Source of the DNA: Hormiphora californensis
Taxonomy: Eukaryota; Animalia; Ctenophora
Length of the DNA stretch: 64,000 bases
Direction: 5' to 3'
NCBI GenBank assembly: GCA_020137815.1
Contig: CM035352.1
Span: forward strand, 7,192,001 to 7,256,000
Below, piece by piece: positions 28,203 to 39,703 of the stretch; position 1 is the stretch's first letter; each line of letters begins with the position of its first letter. The position numbers were made by a program, and so were the translations under genes. The notes under the pieces were generated by a model. It saw only the letters and a list, made by a program, of their open reading frames with translations, did not search any database and was not told where the DNA came from.

Positions 28203-28896
28203 GGATAGACGCTGTTTTTACCAAATTTATAATCATTTTTGAGAGAAAACGACATAAGATAGACACTTCTCGTTTGTTGCATTCGAAAGATAATCGTTCA
28301 AATTGTGTAGACGAATAGTTTTTATGTTCTAGGTCCAACCAGAACATCTTAACAATCTGTCATAAAGATAAGACATTTTTCAAATCAACCAAATTTCTTT
28401 GAGCTCAATTTACACCCTGAAGATGACTTCTGATTGAAAAACGGAGACCACACTTATGAAAGATAATCGTCTATACTTTCAGAAACTATATCGCGAATTT
28501 GTGAAACTCTATTTCTAAGGGTCTCAAATCGCGTCTGAAGTGTTAAGACTGTATAAAAATAGATATGACGATAGTACGTTTTTCGCCATAGCGACCTCAA
28601 ATCTTATCCAATCGATCTCAAACTTGGTCAGCATCTTTATCTAGATGAGTCTGATAATAATACATCCTTATCATGACGTTATAACGTCGTGACGTCACGC
28701 TATGACGTCATAATGACGTCAAAATTGAAATTTTCGTATTTTAGCGATTCCTGACAGACTTTACACGTCCAGAAATGTCTTACATCGTATTTCACATCAG
28801 AAAATACCAAAAATATACCCCAATTATGCCAAAAACTAACAGAAATTAGTTGGCTGGAAAGGTGACCATTTTGTTGTCAAACTGACACCTTTGCCC
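27900..28896 (-). mobile_element. Helentron-associated non-autonomous element (HINE/DINE-1-like)
   Basis: On minus strand: 5' AAAGGTGTCA with nearby partial inverse GGTCACCTTT, internal (TCTA)n tract, 3' GGTCACCTTT followed by GCGC-TTGCCA-GCGC hairpin; inverted copy of its 5' end at ~29057-29129. Confidence 0.55.
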
Positions 28897-29926
28897 GGCC
28901 CGGGTACGGTTACGGATATATCATCGATGGGGTAAATCAGGGGGTAAATCAGGATTCAGGGAGTTTGAGAAGAGAGAAAGAGAGAGATAAAGTGAAAGAG
29001 AGACATAGAGAGAGATAGAAATTAGAAAGGCAAAGCTAATGATGAAACCCGGAGAGGGCAAAGGTGTCAGTTTGACAACAAAATGGTCACCTTTCCAGCC
29101 AACTAATTTCTGTTAGTTTTTGGCATAATAACAGTATAGTTGTGTCGGGGGAGTGATCGCTGCTACACTATACTAACTCCAGTACTAAACAGTAGAGTTG
29201 AATAACTGCTGCAGGTGACTGGTACTAGTAAAGGACGAAAGTACAGACAGTCTCAAGAAATAAAATAACTCGACTATTATAGGAATGTTTAAAGTGCCAA
29301 GAAGGAGAGATAGTACTGTTATAGTACTGTTGTAGTAGTAGTGCTGGAGAATTGTTTAGAGGGATGTGACAAACAATTAGATACTCCGACCAGGCAGAGA
29401 TACTACTACTAGAAGGTTAGAGATACTATAACTGAAGAACAACACACCTGAACCTGACATAGAACTCTGCAAGAAGAACAAGGAGATATGTTGCTGTTGA
29501 CATCGTATTATAGACCAACGCGTAGTATAATAATGCATAATCAATATTACCTTCACATAATACCAAATGCATATATTACTTGTTCTGATAGCTATTGTTT
29601 CATGGATTGTGATACAACATCTGGATAATATTTGGTAGTACCCACCTGTTACTTTCTAATCGCTCGAGAGTTTAACACGCGAGCAACCAACCCATCTCAA
29701 AACTCTCAGAAATCAGAGTTAACCAAACTCCCAAAACGTGAGCTAATCATATTTAACCACTCAAAATGAGAACTATTATAGTAAACGGGGGAGCCGGGGA
29801 TGGGGAGCCGGGTGGGGGATGGGGAGCCGGGGGGCGGGGGGATGTTGTTGAGTAAGGGGGAAGAGTGTGATCACATCCATCCCCCTTACTCAACAAGGGG
29901 GATGGGCGGGTCTAGTAAACACATAC

Positions 29927-30006
29927 CCTGTTGATATGGTGTAGGTGGTGGTAGTGTTAAAGTTGCTTTCGTTCGTACTGAGCAGCGCTGACGCCGTTGT
30001 CGTCAT
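29927..30006 (-). CDS. Kv variable first exon V10 (MTTTASALLSTNESNFNTTTTYTISTG)
   Basis: ATG, 80 nt (3n+2), GG|GTATGT donor. Confidence 0.65.
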
Positions 30007-30974
30007 CTCACTGTTGACCCTCCAACAGAAGAGTTATACCAGAGAGATGAGAGGGTGAGGGGCCTCTCAGAATATCACACGGAGAGAGGGGTGATCAGTT
30101 ATACTCCCTCGGTAGATGGAAGATCAGTACTGCTGCAGTGATGGCCCCTCAGTTATAGTAGTAGTAGTATGGAAGATGAATCCTCGGCAGGGTCAGCCAG
30201 CATTCAAGACATACATGTGGGCGACACACAATCGCTCACTATTTGAGAGAGATGAAGGAGGTTACTAATACAGAGAGGAAATGATACTGGGAGAGATAGG
30301 GAGAGATAGGGAGAGAGAGAGAGAGCATTTGAAATAGCGCGGCGAAGTGTGACAGGCGGAACTATCGGACAATGTACAATGACAGCCAGAGAGATAGATA
30401 GATAGCGAGAAAGAAGGAGAGAGATAGCGAGAAGGAGAGTGATAGAGAGATAGGCATGGTAGTGGAGATACAGACATTAGTACTACTATAGTAGTACACG
30501 CCCATAAAGTGGGTTTCCCAGTTCTGGGAAAACAAATCCTATGATAGAATTGTTGCTTCGTCAATCACACGTTGTAGTCAACACGGAAGGAACACACATT
30601 CACGGAGGCGTGACTATAAAACCGACTTTGCAGTTTGGTAGCACTTTAGTACAGTTGCCACACCTCCTGGCCACCAGTCAAACAGGGGAACATTATTGTA
30701 GCTGTCTGTGAAGAAGGGTGGTACAAGATATAGCTGAGGGTGGTAACAATTCCGTCAATTGATTGGCGGTACAAGATAGGTAGAGAGGAGGCCTCTATTA
30801 TAGAGTCAGATAGATACTGATAGAGTCAGAGTGAGATATCTATATCGAAGCTGCATATATAGAGGAGGCATTATAGAGGTATCTAAGATATGTCAACGGA
30901 CAATCAGAGGAACTCCCCACCCGCTGATTATTGTTGTGTGCAGAGATATGTGTGTTTTAAAAACCCACAAACAG

Positions 30975-31034
<60 letters not shown>

Positions 31035-31852
31035 TATACCTTTCTCTATAGAGAGATAGTAGCATGGAATTTAACAAACTTGTAACAATGTCTAGGCTAC
31101 AAGCTGGGCAAATTGCTGGGCGCCTCTCTCTCTCTTCACGTGTGTTTTGCAACTCCGGAATGCAAATGGGTTACAGTGCTAATGAGGGAGAGGGTTATAG
31201 TAGACCGGTATAATAACCAGGTTTAGTAGGTATTACTGGCATTGTAACTACAGGCTAAAGTGAGATTGTTACTTTAACTAAGGGAGAGAGCACACGTACT
31301 GATGGTGCCAGTGAGAGTCTCCAGTGAGAGGGGAGAGAGGACACGTACTTAAAGTGGCAGTGAGATTGTTATTTTAACTAGGGGAGAGAGAGAACACGTA
31401 CTTCAAGTGGCAGTGAGATTGGTACTTTAACTAGGGGAGAGAGATAAATATATTGAGAGGGGGACAGTGTGTATAACAGCAATGGGTTTATTCACGAAGG
31501 AAAAGAATCTTCGAGGCCCCTACTAATTGTATGTGCAGGTAAAGGAGAAACCACTTGGGGCAAGTAGTTCCAATCAGTTATACATGTGGAATGAATAAAA
31601 TGTATTGTTAGGCTACAACTATACATACGTTCTACATTAACATACGTTTTAGTACAACGAAGTACCTAGCGTTAAATTAACTGTTAATTTTATAGATAGA
31701 TTTATAGATATGTCAGATTTAGATCACTAAGAGATACTATCGCTTTTTAGTACCGTTAAGTAGCTGAGAAAATAGCATAAAACTAGTCGGTATTAAGTAG
31801 CACTTTTGAAAGCTAACAGTAAGCCACAGTATAGTCATTTAGTTTCTGAGAA

Positions 31853-31991
31853 TTCTGAATAATGAGTTCAGAGCAAGAATTAAATAGGGAAGAAAATCGA
31901 AAAATACTGGGTTTGACCGGGACTTGAACCAGTACAGGGACCTCCAGAGAGACATGCTCGGAGCTATAAACCACTAAGCTACCAAACCCTA
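31853..31991 (-). repeat. tRNA-derived SINE-like repeat (copy 1)
   Basis: Near-identical to 39133-39327 and 39452-39648; minus strand GGGTTTGGTAGCTTAGTGG...GGTTCAA.TCCCGGTCAAACCC (A and B boxes, acceptor stem). Confidence 0.7.
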
Positions 31992-32243
31992 TCTTTCTGA
32001 GAATGATTCATTTCTGAGAATGATTCATTGATTCACTTCCCACAATCAAGGCGGTGAGTCCCCCCTCCAACAACCACTACCACCACCCAGAGTGCCCCAA
32101 CTCCCCGGCCCGAATGATAGTCAAAAACAACCCCACAACAACTTGGGCACGTCGCGCCCCCCATGTTCGCGCGCCCGTAGGGCGATCCCCTCACATAGGC
32201 CCGTACGGGACTTGCCTGCTTCGCAGGCAACACAACAACTTAC

Positions 32244-32401
32244 GTATCCCAGTCAACAGGGATGGTAATTGACGTACTCCCCAGCTCTCCGTCCTCCTCC
32301 ACAGCATGCTGATCCTGACTCTTCAGGAGGGTTTTTAGGAGCCATCGGATTAGCAACCGGGAGGAATCGAGAACACCGCCACTGCCAGGCACCCCTGACA
32401 T
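32244..32401 (-). CDS. Kv variable first exon V11 (MSGVPGSGGVLDSSRLLIRWLLKTLLKSQDQHAVEEDGELGSTSITIPVDWDT)
   Basis: ATG, 158 nt (3n+2), AC|GTAAGT donor, TTCTTTAG acceptor 14 nt upstream of the ATG. Confidence 0.7.
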
Positions 32402-33277
32402 GATGACACACAACCCTAAAGAATGATATCAATATTTAGTAGGTATAATAAACGTTATAGAAGTGTGTAGAGTCTAGCAGCCAGTAGGTAGGGCAGTACG
32501 GACTACGGCGAAATAATATGGCCTATTTAATTTGACAAATTACCCACCCACAGCTCTGACAAATATACACAACTTCCCAGCAACTGTTACCTGGATAGTC
32601 TAGATCACCATATTTTCAGAGAATCATGATCGAGAGAGGACGGAATTCCACCAAAAACTTTACGATGTGTCGTGTGAAGAAAGTGTTGTGTCTTGTCAAA
32701 AAATTAGAGGCAGCGAATGAGCTGTTGTAATCTCCGAGATTCATTCTACTAAACATGCGGGGAGAGAGGGGAGACGAAGGGTTAGAAAGTTTAGTTGTGT
32801 GAAATTCAGAGAAGATATTCCATCACTGATATGATCCCAAATTGAACTCCAACTGCAGCAGCAGTGCGACCACATCACACCCGGAATGGAACCCAGCGAC
32901 TGGAACAGTGCGCGCAGAATGGGCAACGTGTGTGCGCGGACTTTATTCTACACACAAGAGACACCCCGCGCCCTCCATACAAGTGGTGTGAGTGTGATCA
33001 CATCTGCCTGCAGCAGTGAGAAAATTTCTGTAGTGTTTCAAATTATTTGAAACAAATTGGGGAGTTTGAAGTAAATTGGATTCACCAAGGTTTTTATGGA
33101 ACGAAATTGTTATCTTTTTTAAACAAGAACACATTACAATCAAACATTAGTGCTACTCGAACAGCTAAGCGGTTAGCGGCGGACCATAAAGTTCAAGATA
33201 AGAAAACAAACCGTCCGCGTCCTTACACCGCCTTTTATTAACAACACCTTTGTCTTTGAGCAAAACCATGCAATTAT

Positions 33278-36188
33278 CTAACTAAACATGAACATCAAAA
33301 TAAGACACCCAGTAATAACACCCCCAATAATAATTGAGTCTCTTCTTGATCGGAGGTTGATCTTGTTCATCAGCCCTCCAATTAGTGGCAGTTTCTTGGC
33401 AATAGTTCCCATTTTCCCAGAAATACCACTCAGATTGCTCCGCTGAGCATATAGGTTTCTCCTTCGTTGCTATGGCAATTGAGATTGCATCCGTAGTCAG
33501 GGAATCTGCCCTAAAATACAGATGGTTTGTTTAAAAGCTGAGGGAGAGAAACATCCACTAATCCTTGTTCTAACGCCCCTTTACAATTCGAGAGGGTTAA
33601 CTAAATATACACCTTACCCCGTAATATTCTCGTTTTCCTTTAGAAAGTAATCCGATCTTCTGTTGTTTAGCCCGTTCTTACTGTATGAACTGAAAGAACA
33701 GTTATTGAGTCGCCTGACACAGTGTTTCCGTGCTATTCAGCATATAACAGGGTTATAGCAGAAGAAAACATGTTATGCATATTTATTGGAAGATCACGTT
33801 TGCAGTTATTTGAAGATAGTGTTTGGTCAAAATAATAACTTTACACTGCCTCTAATATTTGAAACATGAGCCATGTGTAGCCTAACACATACTTTGCCTG
33901 GTACACTGATCCCAGTAACTCCTCTTTCTCTTTGTACGCCTGTATGTTACCCTGCAAAGTAAAGGATTGTATGTTAAACCCTACTGATCCTAAATGGTAT
34001 GTAACCATAAAACAAGGATAGCTACAATAGATGGAAATCATTAATTTCATAAAATGGATACACCGATGTACCGACAATATCAACTGTAGAAATGGTCTAC
34101 CTTAGTTTTGCAGTATTCCTGAGTGTAGTCTTGAAGAATGTCTCTATGCCTCTGGCAGATGTGTCGCATACTAGCGCTACTTGTCCCACTAGCCAGCACA
34201 TCCGCCATCTCGTCATTTACTGATGTCAACTGAAATATAATGATATCAGGGTCATAACTCCTCGAAATCAATTACCCTAGAGTGTAAATATCATCATTGT
34301 CTTCCTCTCTCTTGTATTTAGTACCCTTTTATTTATTACACACAAGATAGACATAAAGGACTATCTATCTCTTTCTTTCTTTCTCTTTGATAAAGGAAGA
34401 AAGAGATACTAGCTACGATCAGAAGCTTATGTTCAAAGATTCAAGATGATAACTTACATTGGAAAGAATTTCCTCAATCTCCGTTGATAGTGATTCGAAT
34501 ATGTTGTCACCCATTACAAGAGGAGTCGTATCTCTGAAGAAATAGAAATTGTACTCAGATGTATTGAGTTGAAAATATACAGGGTGTCCCACTGTCTTTG
34601 CGTGACCTATGATTTTGGGTGATGAGTGGGTTCCATTCAAATGCTCATAACTCATCGAAAAATTGGTCAAAACGGCTCAACCAAAAACAGTGTTGTAGAG
34701 AATTGTCAGGCGAACATTTGGGTACAAGATTGATGTTCCAAGTCTTACCAACCGTCAGATATATCATCTTAAAGTCAAAAATACGTGTTCATGAAATCCA
34801 ACCGGGGTTCACGTTTTGAAAAATTCACAAATGCAAAGTTGCTCGGATCACATTGCATCCCTCATAAGAGTTGTAGGAAATTGTCTGGCGGTCATTTTGG
34901 TACCTGAGTTTTTGTCCTAGCTCAATGTTTAGAGTGTCTTATGACTGTCAGAACTGGAATTTTCACAAAAGTGGTCTCAGGTATCGCATTACATTTTGCC
35001 CTGTTATGAAGCTCATTGCTGCTTGAATAACATCTTAGTGCATGATAGGGTTGAGATAGACCACTTGCGTATCCTACACATTAACAGGGGCCTTGCCAAA
35101 TCGTCATAACAACCCTGTCAAGTGTCTAGATGAAATTGAGACGATATGTGCTGATTATCATGGGATTACACACGACACCGAGCCACCTAATTAGGCGTTG
35201 TGAGCCGATACCAACTAAGACTCAGCGTAGACAAATCTTTATGTTCATACAGTCATAACGCAACTAAAACGTAGAGCTATGGATAAAATCATGGTATCAA
35301 AATGAACCTTAGACGATTCCAATGAAGCTCTTATAAACTTCAAACCATTTGACCCATTTGTTGATGACACGTGATCCCCTCAAAAATGTTGGTTGAATTT
35401 CGTCTTTAGACAGTCATAAGACAGTCTAAACATTAAGCTAGGACAAAAACCCGGGTACCAAAGTGACCGCCAGACAATTTCCTACAACTCTTATGAGGGA
35501 TGCAATGTGATCCGAGCAACTTTGCGTATGTGAATTTTTCAAAACGTGAACCCCGGTCGGATTTCATGAACACGTATTTTTGACTTTAAGATGATATATC
35601 TGACGGTTGGTAAGACTTGGAACATCAATCTTGTACCCAAATGTTCGCCTGACAATTCTCTACAACACTGTTTTTGGTTGAGCCGTTTTGACCAATTTTT
35701 CGATGAGTTATGAGCATTTGAATGGAACCCACTCATCACCCAAAATCATAGGTCACGCAAAGACAGTGGGACACCCTGTATATCCCCTAATATTGTTTGT
35801 TATGAATTGTGCCCCTGGGCCCTGCATGATATAATATGGTGGATGTTCTTACCGTTCCATGTCTCTCGCGAAGGAGTTTCCTAGTTTAGAGTATGCAACA
35901 AGTTTAGTATCAAGATCATTCTCGTGCAATCTTGCCTGTTTTCTCAGCTCTGAAAACAGGGATTAGTTACACTAATAAATAGCAATAATAATTCTGATAG
36001 CAATTAGCAACCCCTTGTTATGTTCTAGCCCTCCTTTACATTTCGGACGCAGGGATAGGGTTATCAAGACAAGCAACCCCAAACACACCTGATAGCATTC
36101 CCCCTCTACCAAGACTAATGTGTAACTTACCGTCCCACCTGGTGGGAGCACTAAAAGTCATGTCCGGTTTCACATCACCTTCTTTCAT
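33278..36188 (-). CDS. GOSR1: Golgi SNAP receptor complex member 1 (GS28/Gos1)
   Basis: About seven exons: ..TRWDELRKQARLHENDLDTKLVAYSKL.., QRHRDILQDYTQEY, ..LPLIGGLMNKINLRSRRDSIIIGGVITGCLILMFMFS* (SNARE plus C-terminal TM). One homopolymer indel in the last exon. Confidence 0.9.
34580..35778. mobile_element. Tc1/mariner-type foldback MITE inside a GOSR1 intron
   Basis: ~365-bp TIRs beginning CAGGGTGTCCCACTGTCTTTGCGTGACC, TA target duplication. Confidence 0.9.
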
Positions 36189-36577
36189 TCATAACACTAT
36201 AGGAGGTCATTAGTCAACACAAATTATACAATTTCATTGTCACTGATAATTATATTCACCGTGTACAATGACATGCTATAACACTGTCCCTCGCTTCACA
36301 AAAACACAGTGGTTAGCACAGCTATCGCTGCAACTGGGACAGTCTAGCCTGTCAACACTCAATATTGACATGGGACAGCTAGCTGAACCATTTAGGATGC
36401 TGGTTTCTCTCTCATATTTCTTTGGCGCTAACCCTTTCAACACCAATTTACAAAGTCTAAATGGTGCTTGGTTTTACGAACTAACCACCTTCACAATCAT
36501 TTATGGTAACTTTTCAGCATTCTGAGCTCGAAATCTTAGCCTGGATTGCAACTTGCAACTTGCCGGGCCTGTATACT

Positions 36578-36792
36578 CGGATTTTTTGAAACTGTCACCC
36601 CCTGAAATAACAAAATTTGTCATATCTCCGGTTCCTGATAAGATAGAGACTTGAAATTTGGAGGTTTGGAAGAACTTAGCAAGATCTTCGTAACTTCCAA
36701 ATTTCAAGTCTCTATCTCATCAGGAACCGGACTTATGGTCATTTAAAGAAATTTGAAAACTCTAGGGGGGTGACAGTTTCAAAAAATCCGAC
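36578..36792. mobile_element. Short palindromic MITE-like element
   Basis: Inverted ends CGGATTTTTTGAAACTGTCACCCC / GGGGTGACAGTTTCAAAAAATCCG, internal inverted CCGGTTCCTGAT-AGATAGAGACTTGAAATTTG. Confidence 0.6.
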
Positions 36793-37718
36793 TTTAGCGC
36801 ATGTTTAAGAATGCAGAAAAGACACGATAGAGTACCCCGGTATCCGCTAAAAACATACCAGGACCGCCGACGGGGGATTTAAACGAGGTAAGTAAAGACT
36901 AAAGACTAAAAACAGGCTCTGAAAGCCGTAAAATGTCTAGAAAACTGCAAAAAGTGGTAAATAAAATTTAATTTTTTTTAATTTAAAAAAATTTAAAACT
37001 CAAACAACTTTAACCAAAAAACGCGACGAATTCTGAGCTTTTTTAAGGAACGCGCTAACGTTTTTAAAGACTCCGCTGCATTCTTATCAATTTTTATGCG
37101 CGGCGCGAAATTTCGGGTTGAAGTTTTGTTCTGAAAAAGTCGCTTTTTTCCTGAAAAACGGAACCAATCTCCACAAAACAATACAATACAATACAATACA
37201 AAATAAACATTTATAGTCCGCTCTTTAACTGTCCGTTTTACGGTTCAGCACAAGTTCTGCTGTTGGAAGAAGAAAAATTCATCATTCCATCCTCTTTCAT
37301 CCCCAACAGCCCTCGCTCCAAAAGCGGCTAGTTTTACTACAAGATTATGATTTTTTCTTATCTTCTGAAAGATGTTTTGTTAATATATTTGGAAGGTTGA
37401 GAAAATAATTTAGGGGATCCTATCACTGCAGAAAATGCAGTAGTGCATATAATATCCTTGAAGGATCTAAAAGATCCAAAAGAAGCAAATTGAAGACCGC
37501 CCCTATCGGGGATACTGATACTAGGATACCTATACTGAAACCTGTGTGCTTAGTTGCACATAAAATACTCGAAGAAGATGTATCATGTAGCATTTCCAAT
37601 TTCCAGTAATTCAGTTGACCAATTTGGAGTAGTAGAAGCCACTTGCCAACTGCTTTAACACTTACAAGTCCTCACATATCATTCTATTTTCTCGCAAGCT
37701 CTCTTTTTTTTTTATGAC

Positions 37719-37760
<42 letters not shown>

Positions 37761-38256
37761 CATTGGGATGTTTTTTATATTCACACGTTTTTCTCGCTTT
37801 TTTGTTGTTGTCCTTTTTTTTTTTTTTTTTTGAAAAACGAGCCGTTAGCTCCTGTTTTTAATCGTTTAGGCATTCGGGAACGTGGAGAGAATTTAGCTGA
37901 TTTTCATAAAATAATCGCCCCCGCAGGCGGCTGCGAAAAACTCCTTGGGCACCGGGCAGGGGGTTTGGTGGCTAAAAGTTAAAACACTAAAACCGCTGAT
38001 GCCTCATAGCCATGATCATTTATAGCAGAGACCAGGGATCCAGCCCCGGCGGGGTGTAGGGGACAGAGCCCCCGCAAGCAGGGCCCAGGGGCTGCAAGCC
38101 CCGATGGGGTTCAACGGGTGGGGGGGGGGGTAGGAGCCCCCTGAAAATTTAGGGGTTTTTGAAAAAAATTTTGGCTGAGCCCTCCCTCACTTCTCAGTAA
38201 AACTGAAAACTATTTCAGCTGAAAGCTAACAAATATTTCTCCCTAGCTAGAAGAAG

Positions 38257-39111
38257 ATGAAGGTCAAGTCGAAGATTCTGAATTTCATGCATTTGGACAG
38301 GGAATACAGTTTACTGAGTGGTCGTAACGCTGTCATTATCTACACATATTTCCGACTCCTTGATATTCACAATACTGGAGCCCTCAATGATGTACAGTTC
38401 TATGTGTTCCTGAAAAAGGCAACCGATTTAAACCGAAGTGAGGTGAGTGGATTTATTAATTTTTGCTAATTTCTCAAGCATAGCTAGAATGAGCGGTTTA
38501 TACTTTTGCTGTATTTTCAGTGTTTACTCGGCGGTGTCGTATAAATGTCCAACAAATTATGTTTCAGATATATCGTGTGTTTGATATGTTGGACGTTGAT
38601 GGATCTAGTTCGATTGAGTACAACGAGTTCTATCTCATGGTCTGTATCCTGGTTTCAATCCAGGATCGAGAGGAGAAAAAGTTCATCTACCATCACTCCA
38701 GGACGGTGTTCGATCTAATGGACAAGGATGGGTCTGCAACAATAGATGTGGATGAATTCGAGGTACAACCCATGATCTGATATATCGTTGAATTGTGTGT
38801 TGGACGTAAGCGGCTTCCCACCAGCCTAATTGTTTGATTAATGTGTTTCCTCTCCCCTTTCCTCTCCTAAAATCACCTTTCAGATATTTGGGTTACTATT
38901 CAATCTGGGCCTGAAAGCCATCAGAGATATTTTCAATGATTTCGATGTCAGTGGAGACCAAGAGCTGGATTATGGGGAGTTCAAGTTGTTTGCTATGGCT
39001 TGTATTGACCGAGGGAAGTCCCAAAAACAGAAATCAGACGACAAAATCGGACGAATATCGGACTCAATTTCAGACATTAGCACTACATCGAGTATTTGTA
39101 ATGTCATGTAA
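38257..39111 (+). CDS. EFCAB9: EF-hand calcium-binding protein, EFCAB9 orthologue (CatSper-associated Ca2+ sensor)
   Basis: Exons 38257-38442, 38568-38762, 38884-39111; LDREYSLLSGRN..YFRLLDIH..LNDVQFY, VFDMLD..EFYLMVCIL, YHHSRTVFDLMD, IFNDFDVSGD..LDYGEFKL follow the EFCAB9 pattern. Confidence 0.85.
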
Positions 39112-39132
39112 ATGTTATCTATCTTTATTGTT

Positions 39133-39327
39133 TTGAATAATGAGTTCAGAGCAAGAATTAAATAGGGAAGAAAATCGAAAAATACTGGGTTTGACCGGGA
39201 ATTGAACCAGGGACCTCCAGAGAGACATGCTCGGAGCTATAAACCACTAAGCTACCAAACCCTATGTACTGATCGCATTTCATCGCTCTATATTCAAGCT
39301 CCTGCCCTTAACTAGACACCATGTGAT
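39133..39327 (-). repeat. tRNA-derived SINE-like repeat (copy 2)
   Basis: tRNA-like core with conserved flanks, repeated 321 bp downstream. Confidence 0.7.
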
Positions 39328-39451
39328 AAAGGAAGTAATTTTGATATCTCCTTCTGGTGATCAACACACACACACGCCCTCTGTACAACAGTTTAATGGG
39401 GAATCTCACACATACACGGGCAGAACTCGGTTAAGGAGAGATTAATTAGTA

Positions 39452-39648
39452 TTCTGAATAATGAGTTCAGAGCAAGAATTAAATAGGGAAGAAAATCGAA
39501 AAATACTGGGTTTGACCGGGAATTGAACCAGGGACCTCCAGAGAGACATGCTCGGAGCTATAAACCACTAAGCTACCAAACCCTATGTACTGATCGCATT
39601 TCATCGCTCTGTATTCAAGCTCCTGCCCTTAACTAGACACCATGTGAT
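39452..39648 (-). repeat. tRNA-derived SINE-like repeat (copy 3)
   Basis: Nearly identical to copy 2. Confidence 0.7.
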
Positions 39649-39703
39649 CTTTATTGGTTTCATAAATTTAAAACAAAAAGCTAGCCCCGGATCTGATATA
39701 GAC

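Noticed and set aside
39187-39263. Functional tRNA gene
   Set aside because: Anticodon loop lacks U33 and purine 37, stems have mismatches, and flanks are repeated; treated as a tRNA-derived repeat.
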